From: an uncultured Chloroflexia bacterium
Lineage (GTDB): Bacteria > Chloroflexota > Limnocylindria > Limnocylindrales > CSP1-4
Direction of reading: 5' to 3'
Length of the DNA: 64,000 bases
NCBI GenBank assembly: GCA_963766735.1
Contig: CAVYBU010000007.1
Span: 320,001-384,000, forward strand
The notes under the pieces are model-generated. The model ran no database searches. It was not told the DNA's origin and saw only the letters and a list, made by a program, of their open reading frames with translations. Below are positions 34,485-43,289 of this stretch, one piece after another. The first letter of the stretch is position 1. Each line of letters starts with the position of its first letter. The translations under genes were made by a program, and so were the position numbers.

Positions 34485-34691
34485 CACACGTCTCCGGAAA
34501 TGAAACGACCCCGGCCCATGCCGGAGTCCTGGATAGACGCCTCCCGTGAGTGCCCGCCGGCGCTGCGGCGGACCGGGCGACCGAAGGTGCAGTCCCGTCT
34601 CACGGGGCGGACGCCGCGCCTCCCTCGAGCAATGGTCAGACCCTCCATCGCGGTCCTGGCTGAGCGCAGCCTCGAGGACCCCGGGAGTATA
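34485..34691 (-). promoter_or_regulatory. Purine operon promoter (-10 TATACT) and ~195-nt structured leader ending in an intrinsic terminator (candidate riboswitch/attenuator)
   Basis: TATACT at 34691-34686; hairpin GACTCCGGC-ATGG-GCCGGGGTC (34528-34507) followed by GTTTCATTT just before the purA ATG; several stems upstream. Confidence 0.65.
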
Positions 34692-35034
34692 CCGAACGGG
34701 GGTGCCCGCCACGTTGGATCTGGGGGTTGCGTCTGGGTTGCGACCTCGCGTGCGTGGTGGCCTTGGAGCGTGCCAGGCGGGCCTCGGCGCGAATTGAGGG
34801 CCGGCGGTGAGTCCCGGGCAAGCAGGACGTAAGGGCCGGCGAAGTCGCCTTCTCTAGGGTTCGCAGTGCCCGTCGAGATCGCCGGCCTCCGCCGACCCAT
34901 CCCCGCCAAGGCCCCGACCGGGGCCGGCACCCGACCCGCCCGCCGGAACATCGTTGCCCGCCGCGCACGCAGGATCGGCCGCATGGAGACGCGCCCAGGC
35001 ACGTCTGCGGTCCGATCGGAAGGAGACAGAGACC

Positions 35035-35520
35035 ATGAACAGGGTGCTCCTCACCGGTCGCCTCACCCGCGACCCCGAGGTTCGCACGACCGCCGGTGGC
35101 AAGGCGGTCGCAAGCTTCGCAGTCGCCACGCACGAGTACGTGGGCGGCGGCAAGGAGAAGTCCGAGTTCCACAATGTCGTCGCGTGGGACCGGCTCGCGG
35201 AGACCTGCGGCCGCTATCTCGGCAAGGGACAGCAGGTCGCGATCGAAGGCCGGCTCCAGACCCGGTCCTGGGACGACGACCAGGGCAAGCGCCACTGGAA
35301 GACCGAGGTCATCGCGAACAACGTGGAGATGCTCTCAGGTCGCCGCAAGAAGGACTACGCGGCGGAGACTGCGGCCACGGCGCTCGAGACGCAGGCGCTG
35401 GCGGCCGGGATCGCGCCCGATGCGGGCGAGCCCATCGCAGACGACGCGGGCTTCTCCGTGGCGTCCGGCGACGACAACGAGGAGGAGGACGAGGTCCTCG
35501 AGGAGGCCGTCGCGGCCTGA
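35035..35520 (+). CDS. ssb: Single-stranded DNA-binding protein (no canonical C-terminal PF tip)
   Basis: MNRVLLTGRLTRDPE, FHNVVAW, KGQQVAIEGRLQTRSW and TEVIA motifs; AAGGAG SD. Confidence 0.93.
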   Translation: MNRVLLTGRLTRDPEVRTTAGGKAVASFAVATHEYVGGGKEKSEFHNVVAWDRLAETCGRYLGKGQQVAIEGRLQTRSWDDDQGKRHWKTEVIANNVEMLSGRRKKDYAAETAATALETQALAAGIAPDAGEPIADDAGFSVASGDDNEEEDEVLEEAVAA

Positions 35521-35538
35521 CGTCCTTCCCTCTCCTGC

Positions 35539-35578
35539 CCGGCGGCGGTGCGGACTCCCCCTCCCGTGCCGCCGCCGG
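35539..35578 (+). terminator. GC-rich hairpin after ssb (probable terminator)
   Basis: CCGGCGGCGG...CCGCCGCCGG stem 18 nt after the stop; no U tract. Confidence 0.5.
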
Positions 35579-35759
35579 CTGCTCCCCGGGACTGGCGGGC
35601 GATCATCAGCACGCCGCGCCGGACTCAGGCGGAACCGCAGTAGCGGTCATCACCCTTGCGGCCTGCTGCAATGGCATGCCGCAAGGTGCTGGGACGCCTC
35701 GGGATGCCGGTGCGACCGTGGCCGGCGCGCCGGCGCCGGTGCTGCCGACTGCCCTGTAT

Positions 35760-37343
35760 CTAGGCCCCCGGAATCCCCGTCTCCCCGCGGACCTTGCGCC
35801 GGTACGCGCGCCATGTGACCGCCCACTGCGCCGGATCGTCCAGCACGCTGTGGTCGATGGCGTGGATCGTGCTCCGGTGGGGCGCGGTCCGGACGATCTC
35901 CGGCTCCTCGTACGCCTCGCGGGCGACGGACGCCAGGATGGCTGCGTACTCGTCCAGGTCGGCCTTCGAGTAGGACTCGGTCGGCTCCAGCGTGAAGGGC
36001 TCCGGAACGATGAACGGGTGGTGGCTCGTCCAGTAGTGGACGCCGTAGTCCAGCGCGCGGACACCGATCTGCTCGGACGTGATGCCTGTCTCCCGGGTCA
36101 GCTCCTCCCAGCTGTAGCGGACCTGCTCGATCCGGCGCTTGCCGGTCGCGTACGGCGCCGACGCGCCTCTGATCTCAAGGATCCGCTTGAGCAGGTAGTT
36201 GTTGTTGAGGACGGCGATCTCCGCGACCTCGCGCAGTCCCTCCGCGCCCAGGCTCATGATCCAGGCGTATGCCCGCAGGAGGTTCGGGGTGACGCCGATG
36301 AACGGCCGGATCTTCCCGATGCTCTGTGGCCCGCCGTTGTCGAGTCGATACGCCTCGCCGTCGAACTCGACGGTCGGGCGCGGGAGGAAGGGGGCCAGCG
36401 CCTCCGTGACGCCGCTCGCCCCGGCCCCCGGTCCGCCGCACGCGTGCGGCGTCGAGAACGTCTTGTGCAGGTTGAAATGGCACAGGTCGAACCCGGCCTC
36501 CCGTGCCCGCGTGATCCCCAGGATCCCGTTCGCATTCGCCTGATCGTACGAGGCCAGACCGCCCGCCTCGTGAACGACGCGGACCCACTCGCCGATCTCC
36601 GGGTTGTAGATCCCCGTGTCCTCGGGGTTCGTGATCAGGAGGGCCGCCGTCCGCTCGCTCACCGCGGCCCGGAGCGCGGTGAGGTCCGGGTAGCCGTCGG
36701 GATCGGGGTGCAGCGTGATGACCCTGTAGCCGGCCGTCTTTGCACACGCGGCGTTCGAGGGATGCGAGAAGATCGTCGTGATGACCTCGTCGCGCTGGTC
36801 GCCCTCGCCGCGGGCGGCATGGTAGGCGCGGATCATCGATACGTTGGCGAAGATGGCCGCGGACCCTGCTCCGGGCTGGAGCGTGAAGCGGTCCATCCCG
36901 CTGATCTCGCGGAGCAGACCCTCGAGGCGCCAGATGACCTCGAGGATCCCCTGAACGGTGGTGGCGTCCTGGAGCGGGTGCAGATCGGCCACCTTGGGCG
37001 ACCGGGCGAGTTGGTCGTTGACCTTGGGGCTGTACTTCATCGTGCAGGTCCCCTGCCCGACGTCGATGTTGAGATCCGCCCCGAGGTTCTCCTGAGACAA
37101 GCGGTCGTAATGCCGGAGCACGTGCACCTGTGACAGCTCCGGGAGCGCCGGCGGCACGGAGCGACGGACGCCCGCGGGCAGCAGGGCCGCGGGATCGCCC
37201 ACGGAAGCCGTGATGCCGGACTCCACGGGCGGCGGGAGGATGCCGCGGGCACCCGGCTGGCTCAGCTCGAAGATGATCGGCTCGTCCCAGCTCGCCTGGT
37301 GGAAACGTCGGACGGTGGGCTTGGGCCCGATCGGCCAGCTCAT
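35760..37343 (-). CDS. gcvPB: Glycine decarboxylase P-protein subunit 2-like, divergent paralog
   Basis: LPELSQVHVLRHY, GTCTMKYSPK, ITNP, DQANAN, PLP-lysine motif HFNLHKTFSTPH and LEPTES. Confidence 0.88.
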   Translation of the reverse strand: MSWPIGPKPTVRRFHQASWDEPIIFELSQPGARGILPPPVESGITASVGDPAALLPAGVRRSVPPALPELSQVHVLRHYDRLSQENLGADLNIDVGQGTCTMKYSPKVNDQLARSPKVADLHPLQDATTVQGILEVIWRLEGLLREISGMDRFTLQPGAGSAAIFANVSMIRAYHAARGEGDQRDEVITTIFSHPSNAACAKTAGYRVITLHPDPDGYPDLTALRAAVSERTAALLITNPEDTGIYNPEIGEWVRVVHEAGGLASYDQANANGILGITRAREAGFDLCHFNLHKTFSTPHACGGPGAGASGVTEALAPFLPRPTVEFDGEAYRLDNGGPQSIGKIRPFIGVTPNLLRAYAWIMSLGAEGLREVAEIAVLNNNYLLKRILEIRGASAPYATGKRRIEQVRYSWEELTRETGITSEQIGVRALDYGVHYWTSHHPFIVPEPFTLEPTESYSKADLDEYAAILASVAREAYEEPEIVRTAPHRSTIHAIDHSVLDDPAQWAVTWRAYRRKVRGETGIPGA

Positions 37344-38746
37344 CGCAGGATCTCGTGCAGCTCGGCGGCAAGCCGGTCGATGTCGTCCTGGGTGTGGATC
37401 TCGGTCACGCAGTAGAGCGCGGACCGGCCGAGCTCGGGGAAGTCCGAGGACAGGTCGAATCCACCGAAGACGCCCCTGTCCAGCAGGCCGGCGTTCACCT
37501 GTGCGACCGTCCTGCCCGATGGACCGAAGTCAACGACGAACTCCCGGAAATGGTGGCTGGCCAGGTGGTCGATGCGGATGCCAGGCACGGCGGCAAGGCG
37601 CTCCATTGCGTAGCGCGTCCGCGCCATGATCCCCTCGCCAATCTCGGTCATCCCCTTCGGACCCATCAACGCCAGGTAGACGCCCGCGGTGATGCCCCAC
37701 AGGGCGGCGGCCGTCCCCACCCATTCCTTGCCCTCCTCGCGGACAGCAAAGCTGGTCCGCTCGTAGGCGACGTCGCCGAACCCGTACTCACCCTCGACCG
37801 CCGTTGGAGCGAGGCCGAACAGCCGGGAGGGAAGCTCCATCACGAACCGGGGGTCGTCGCGCACGCCGATGTAGCCCGCGTGCCCGCCCCCGTACTGGAG
37901 GTGCATCCCGAGCGACTGGATGTCCCCGCAGGCGATGTCCGCCCCGTAGGCCAGGGGTGGCTCGAGCACCCCGAGGCTGATCGGGTCTGCGCCCACGACG
38001 AACAGGGCACCGGCACCGTGGGCGAGCCGCGCGACCTCCGCCCCGACGGTCGAGATCACTCCGAGGAAGCTCGGGTTCTCGAGGTAGATTCCCGCCGTCC
38101 TCTCGTCGACCATGCCCGCGAGCGCGGCCAGGTCGACCTCGCCGGTCCCCTCGTCGATCGGGGCGAGATCGACCGCGACCCCGCCCGCCAGGTAGTCGCG
38201 GATCTTTGACAGCTTGTCGGCGCCGATCGTGCGCGTGATCACGACGCGGCTTCGACCGGTGATGCGGGCGGTCATGAGGAGCGATGTCGCGGCCGCCTGG
38301 AACCCGTCGTAGGTGGGGACGTTGACCACGTCCATGGTCAGCAGCTCGCCCATCATCGATTCGTACTCGAAGAGGGTCTGGAAGCGGCCGTGGTCCTCGT
38401 ACGGATCGCCGGCGTACGCGGTCAGGAACTCGGCCCGCGAGTTGATCTCGTCGCACACCGCGGGGACGTGGTGCTGGTAGGCGCCCGCGCCCAGGAAGCT
38501 GAGGACCTCCCGCGTCGATCGGTTCCGCGCGAGGATGCCCTCGACGTGACGGACGAGCGCCGCCTCCGAGGTGAACGGCGGCGGGAGATCAAGCGGCCGT
38601 CGCATCCGGAGCGACTCGGGGATGGACTCGTACAGCTCCTCGATGTCGGCCGCACCGATGTCGGCCAGCATCTGTGCCCTGGTCGCCGGGGCAGAGTTGG
38701 GGATGTACGGGTGCACCGGGGGGCGACTCGAAGCAGGCAATGGCAC
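37340..38746 (-). CDS. gcvPA: Glycine decarboxylase P-protein subunit 1-like, divergent paralog
   Basis: HPYIPNS, FLGAGAYQH, LFEYESMMGEL, YGADIACGDIQSLG and CVTEIH motifs; ATGA overlap with subunit 2. Confidence 0.88.
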   Translation of the reverse strand: MPLPASSRPPVHPYIPNSAPATRAQMLADIGAADIEELYESIPESLRMRRPLDLPPPFTSEAALVRHVEGILARNRSTREVLSFLGAGAYQHHVPAVCDEINSRAEFLTAYAGDPYEDHGRFQTLFEYESMMGELLTMDVVNVPTYDGFQAAATSLLMTARITGRSRVVITRTIGADKLSKIRDYLAGGVAVDLAPIDEGTGEVDLAALAGMVDERTAGIYLENPSFLGVISTVGAEVARLAHGAGALFVVGADPISLGVLEPPLAYGADIACGDIQSLGMHLQYGGGHAGYIGVRDDPRFVMELPSRLFGLAPTAVEGEYGFGDVAYERTSFAVREEGKEWVGTAAALWGITAGVYLALMGPKGMTEIGEGIMARTRYAMERLAAVPGIRIDHLASHHFREFVVDFGPSGRTVAQVNAGLLDRGVFGGFDLSSDFPELGRSALYCVTEIHTQDDIDRLAAELHEILR

Positions 38747-38925
38747 GCGCCTCTCTCGTACATCGGTTCGCCGGCGGGCCACCACCGGCCACCGGAGGGC
38801 CGCCCGTGGCCACCGCCGGGCAGGCCCATGATAGCCATCCAAACGGCTAGACTTCGGTCGGTGCCGCCGTGCGAGCGGGCGGATTCGACAGCGTCGCTCT
38901 GCCGCATACGGAGGATCCGCCGGCG

Positions 38926-41379
38926 ATGACCGAGACCGCTCCGGCACACGCCCAGGCCGTCGTCATCGGCGGGGGGATCCTGGGCGTATCTGTCGCGTAC
39001 CACCTCACGAAGAGGGGCTGGCGCGACGTCGTGCTCGTCGAGCGGGCGGACCTCACCTCCGGGACCACGTGGCACGCGGCCGGCCTGATGATGCAGGTGC
39101 AGTCGTCGCGCACCGTCACGCTGTGGGGCAAGTACAACGACGAGCTGATCCCCGAGGTCGAGGCCCTGACCGGCATGGGGACCGGCTACCGTCGGACGGG
39201 ATCGATCCTCGCGGCCAGCACGGACGCCCGCTGGGAGGAGGTCAGGCGGTCGATCTCGATGGCACACGCTGCCGGCGTCGAGGTTCATGCCATCGGGGAG
39301 GCCGAGGCGAAGCGGGCCTGGCCGCTGATGGACACGACCGGGATCGTGGGGGCCGCGTGGTACCCCAATGACGCCGTGGCCAACGCGACCGATCTGACCC
39401 AGGCCATCGCCGCTGCCGCCCGCCTCGGGGGAGCGCGGATCCTCCGGCACACCGCCGTGACCGGCGTGGACAGCGTCGATGGGCGGGTGACCCTGGTCAG
39501 GACGAGCCGCGGGGACATCGTCACCGACACCGTGGTGAACTGCACCGGGATGTGGGGCCGCGAGGTCGGGCGGCGCTCCGGCGTGACGGTCCCCCTCCAC
39601 GCCGCGGAGCACTTCTACCTCGTCACGGAGCCGATCGAGGGGCTCCCGCCGGACCTGCCCGTCCTTCGCCTCCCCGACGAGCGGACGTATGTCCGCGAGG
39701 ACACCGGCAAGCTGCTGATCGGCTTCCTCGAGCTCACCGCCAAGCCGTGGGCGACGATGGGGATCCCGGACGGGGCCGAGTTCATCCGCCTGCCGGAGGA
39801 CTGGGACCATCTCGCCCCGGAGATCGCCCTCGCGGCGCGCCGCCTGCCGTTGATCAACGACGTCGGGATCATGCTGTTCTTCAACGGACCGGAGAGCTTC
39901 ACCCCCGATGACCGGGCGATCCTGGGACCGGCGCCGGAACTGTCCGGGTACTGGGTGGCCGCGGGGTTCAACTCGCACGGGCTGCGCAGCGGCGCCGGAG
40001 CGGGACGGGCTCTCGCCGACTGGATCGTCGATGGCGACCCGCAGGAGGACCTGTGGGAGATGGACATTCGCCGGTTTGCCCCCTTCCAGGGGAACCGGCG
40101 GTACCTGCACGATCGGGTCACGGAGTCCGTCGGCCTGCTCTACGCGCCGCACTGGCCCTTCCGCCAGGTGGAGACGGCCCGCGGCATCCGCAAGACGCCG
40201 TTCTACGATCGCCTGGCTGCGCGCGGCGCCTGCTTCGGCGAGCTGATGGGCTGGGAGCGAGCCAACTGGTACGCACCACCCGGCGTCGAACCGAGATACG
40301 AGTACGCGCACAGTCGCCAGAACTGGTTCCCCTGGTCGGCTGAGGAGCACCGGGCCGCCCGCGAGGGCGTTGCGATCTTCGACGAGTCGACGTTCGGGAA
40401 GATCCTGGTGTCCGGCCCGGACGCCTGCGCCGTCCTGAACCGGATCTGCACGGCGGAGGTCGATGTTGCGGTCGGCCGGATTGTGTACACGCAGTGGCTC
40501 AACGACCACGGCGGCACCGTCGCGGACGTGACCGTCACGCGGCTGGACGAGTCGAGCTTCCTGGTCGCGACTGGCGGTCCGGTGCTCTATCACGACATGG
40601 CCTGGGTCCGAAGGCATATCCCCGATGATGCCCGTGCGACCGCCGTGGACATCTCGAACGCATACGCCGTCCTGGGCGTCATGGGTCCCCGCTCACGGAC
40701 GTTCCTCGCGTCCCTGACCGACAGCGACCTCTCCAACGAGGCCTTCCCGTTCGGGACGTCACGCGAGATCGACCTCGGCCACGCGTTCGTGCGCGCCTCG
40801 CGGATGACCTACGTGGGCGAGCTCGGCTGGGAGCTCTGGATCCCGGCCGACGTCGCCCTCCACGTCTACGACAGGATCGTGTCGGCCGGCGACGCGTTTG
40901 GCCTCCGCCACGCCGGCTTCCACGCAATGGACACGCTCCGGATCGAGAAGGCCTACCGCAGCTGGGGACACGACATCGGCGAGACCGACACATCCATCGA
41001 GGCGGGGCTCGGGTTCACGCATGATTACGACAAGCGCGGCGGTTTCATCGGGCGCGAGGCCGCCCTTCGCCAGCGAGAGTCAGGCGTTCAGCGGCGCTGT
41101 GTCGTGTTCGCGCTGGAGGATCCGACGCCGCTGCTCTCGCACAATGAGCCGATCTGGCGGGACGGGACCCTGTGCGGCTGGACCACCTCTGCCGCCTACG
41201 GCCACACGGTTGGGCGGTCGATCGGGATGGGGTACGTCGCGGATCCAGGCGGCGGCGTCGTGAGCCCGGAGTGGATCGAGTCGGGCCGCTACGAGCTGGA
41301 GATTGCCAACGAGCGGTTCCCTGCCCGCGCCTCGCTGCGGGCGTTCTACGACCCGACGAACGAGCGTATCCGGGCGTAG
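38926..41379 (+). CDS. FAD-dependent oxidoreductase with C-terminal GcvT (folate-binding) domain; dimethylglycine/sarcosine dehydrogenase or methylaminobutanoate oxidase family
   Basis: IGGGILG FAD motif, SGTTWHAAGL covalent-FAD His motif, NGPESFTPD, GWERANW, TYVGELGWEL and LRIEKAYRSWG; ~817 aa. Confidence 0.92.
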   Translation: MTETAPAHAQAVVIGGGILGVSVAYHLTKRGWRDVVLVERADLTSGTTWHAAGLMMQVQSSRTVTLWGKYNDELIPEVEALTGMGTGYRRTGSILAASTDARWEEVRRSISMAHAAGVEVHAIGEAEAKRAWPLMDTTGIVGAAWYPNDAVANATDLTQAIAAAARLGGARILRHTAVTGVDSVDGRVTLVRTSRGDIVTDTVVNCTGMWGREVGRRSGVTVPLHAAEHFYLVTEPIEGLPPDLPVLRLPDERTYVREDTGKLLIGFLELTAKPWATMGIPDGAEFIRLPEDWDHLAPEIALAARRLPLINDVGIMLFFNGPESFTPDDRAILGPAPELSGYWVAAGFNSHGLRSGAGAGRALADWIVDGDPQEDLWEMDIRRFAPFQGNRRYLHDRVTESVGLLYAPHWPFRQVETARGIRKTPFYDRLAARGACFGELMGWERANWYAPPGVEPRYEYAHSRQNWFPWSAEEHRAAREGVAIFDESTFGKILVSGPDACAVLNRICTAEVDVAVGRIVYTQWLNDHGGTVADVTVTRLDESSFLVATGGPVLYHDMAWVRRHIPDDARATAVDISNAYAVLGVMGPRSRTFLASLTDSDLSNEAFPFGTSREIDLGHAFVRASRMTYVGELGWELWIPADVALHVYDRIVSAGDAFGLRHAGFHAMDTLRIEKAYRSWGHDIGETDTSIEAGLGFTHDYDKRGGFIGREAALRQRESGVQRRCVVFALEDPTPLLSHNEPIWRDGTLCGWTTSAAYGHTVGRSIGMGYVADPGGGVVSPEWIESGRYELEIANERFPARASLRAFYDPTNERIRA

Positions 41380-41401
41380 GGCCCGCCGGTCACGACCAGC
41401 C

Positions 41402-42352
41402 CTACGGGTCAAGCGCCGGCCCCGACAGCCCCTCCCCGGCGTCATCGGCTTCATCGCCGCGGTCGGAGGCGGGCGCATACAGCGCGCGGCGAGGCACACC
41501 CGTCTCGCGGGACACGCGCCGGGCGGCTTCGCCGCGGGCGGTTCCCTCGTCCACCAGCCGCTGGACGGCCGAGCGGGCCGCAGCGATCACAGCATCGCGC
41601 GCCTCGCCACCGGTTCGGCCGCCGGCCGCGTCGGCCGCAGCCGCGCCTGCCCGATCCCCGGCCCCGCTCGCCCACCCGACCACGATCACGATCTCGCCAC
41701 GTGCCGGGATGGTCCCATCGGCCACCTGCGCGGCCAGCTCCGCGAGCGTCCCCCTGGCCACCTGCTCGTGCAGCTTGGTGAGCTCCCGGCAGACCGCCGC
41801 GGGCCGGTCCACACCGCAGGCCGAGGCCAGGTCCCGGAGCGTGACGGCGAGGCGCGATGGAGCCTCGAACAGGAGGCTCCCCCGCTCGTCCGAGGCCAGC
41901 TGGCCGAGCCGGTCCCGGCGCTCCCGGCCGCTCCGTGGCAGGAACCCCTCGAACGACCAGCGTGGTCCTGCCACTCCGCTCGACGCCACCGCCGCCAGCA
42001 CCGCGGAGGGCCCCGGGATCGCGACGACCGAACCCCCGGCGGCGGCCCACGCGGCCACGAGGCCCTCGCCGGGATCCGAGACCACGGGCGTGCCGGCATC
42101 GGTCACCAGCGCGAGATCCTGCCCGCCCGCGAGGTGCGAGAGCAGCTCCCTGGCCCGAGCCGGCCCGCTCTGCGCGTGGTAGCTGGTGGTGCGCGTGGGG
42201 ATCTCGTACCGCGCCAGCAGGCGCCGCGTGATCCGCGTGTCCTCGGCGGCGATCAGCGGCACCGCTCGCAGGACCTCGAGGGCGCGGTACGTGACGTCGC
42301 CCAGGTTGCCGATGGGCGTGGCCACCACGTAGAGCGTCCCGCCGGCGGTCAT
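41402..42352 (-). CDS. rsmI: 16S rRNA C1402 2'-O-methyltransferase
   Basis: LYVVATPIGNL, AAEDTR, DAGTPVVSDPG, FEGFLPR and RELTKLHE motifs. Confidence 0.95.
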   Translation of the reverse strand: MTAGGTLYVVATPIGNLGDVTYRALEVLRAVPLIAAEDTRITRRLLARYEIPTRTTSYHAQSGPARARELLSHLAGGQDLALVTDAGTPVVSDPGEGLVAAWAAAGGSVVAIPGPSAVLAAVASSGVAGPRWSFEGFLPRSGRERRDRLGQLASDERGSLLFEAPSRLAVTLRDLASACGVDRPAAVCRELTKLHEQVARGTLAELAAQVADGTIPARGEIVIVVGWASGAGDRAGAAAADAAGGRTGGEARDAVIAAARSAVQRLVDEGTARGEAARRVSRETGVPRRALYAPASDRGDEADDAGEGLSGPALDP

Positions 42353-42356
42353 CCCG

Positions 42357-43289
42357 TCAGCCGCGCGATGATCCGGGGCGTTGCCGCGGGTACAGGTAGT
42401 CCACGCCCGCCGTCCGGGGTCCCAGCTTCGCGATCGGCGCCACCTGGCGCTTGAACTCGGACCCCGCGATCATCCGGTCCACCCGCTCCACCAGGGCGGG
42501 CGTGAACCCCTTCGCGACCAGCTCCTCGGTGCTCCGGCGCTTGTCGACTCGCCAGAACAGCAGCCGGTCCAGCTCCGGGTAGGAGAAGCCGGCCTCGGTC
42601 TCGTCGGTCTGGCCCGGCCACAGGTCAGCCGACGGTGCCTTGCGGATGATCGCCTCGGGCACACCGATCGCAGCGGCGAGCTGTCGCACCTGGCTCTTGT
42701 ACAGGTCCCCGACCGGGTTGAACGCACACGCGGAGTCGCCGAAGAGCGTCGTGTAGCCGATCAGCGACTCGGTCTTGTTCCCGGTCCCGACGACGAGGCC
42801 CTGCCACGAGACGCTCCTGTCGTACAGGACGGCCATCCGCATCCGGGCCATGAAGTTGCCCCGCCGCAGGGGGGCCGCCTCGAGAGCCGCCGGCCCACCC
42901 TCGCCGGGCACGCCGTCGCGCCCGAAGTACCCGTCCACCATGCCGCTGATCTCGACCAGCTCCGCCGCACAGCCGAGGTCCGCGATCACCGCCTCGGCGT
43001 CGCCCCGGGAGGCGGGTGAGGACGTGCGGTAGGGCATCATCACGCACAGCAGCCGCTCGGGCCCGATCGCCTCGGCCACGAGGTAGGCCACGAGCGCCGA
43101 ATCGACGCCGCCGGACAGCCCGAGCACCGCACGCTCAAACCCTGCCTGCCCGAGCTGGCCGCGGATGAAGGCCGCGATGGCCGTGCGAGCGACGTCGGTG
43201 TCGATGGCAAGCTCCTGCGGCAACTCGAACAGGGGCTCGCTGCCATCAGCGCCAGTCACAAGGTCCGAGCCCGTTCCGCTGTCGCTCAT
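42357..43289 (-). CDS. nadE: NAD+ synthetase, synthetase subunit
   Basis: GLSGGVDS, GNFMARMRM, GTGNKTE, GYTTLFGD and KAPSADLWPGQTDE motifs. Confidence 0.95.
   Translation of the reverse strand: MSDSGTGSDLVTGADGSEPLFELPQELAIDTDVARTAIAAFIRGQLGQAGFERAVLGLSGGVDSALVAYLVAEAIGPERLLCVMMPYRTSSPASRGDAEAVIADLGCAAELVEISGMVDGYFGRDGVPGEGGPAALEAAPLRRGNFMARMRMAVLYDRSVSWQGLVVGTGNKTESLIGYTTLFGDSACAFNPVGDLYKSQVRQLAAAIGVPEAIIRKAPSADLWPGQTDETEAGFSYPELDRLLFWRVDKRRSTEELVAKGFTPALVERVDRMIAGSEFKRQVAPIAKLGPRTAGVDYLYPRQRPGSSRG

Noticed and set aside
34575-34612. Glycine riboswitch-like CCGAAGGTGCA on the plus strand
   Set aside because: No upstream GGAGA and no proper CTCTCAGG; it is the complement of a stem-loop in the purA leader.
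34849-34870. TTCTCTAGGGTTCG as a guanidine-I/ykkC riboswitch 5' motif
   Set aside because: The 3' conserved elements are missing and it is on the wrong strand for the pur operon. TAGGGT fits better as the ssb -10 box.
35580-35759. Possible ncRNA or small ORF between ssb and the gcvPB paralog
   Set aside because: One stem (CCTTGCGGC/GCCGCAAGG) but no promoter, SD or recognisable motif; plausibly a terminator or chance.
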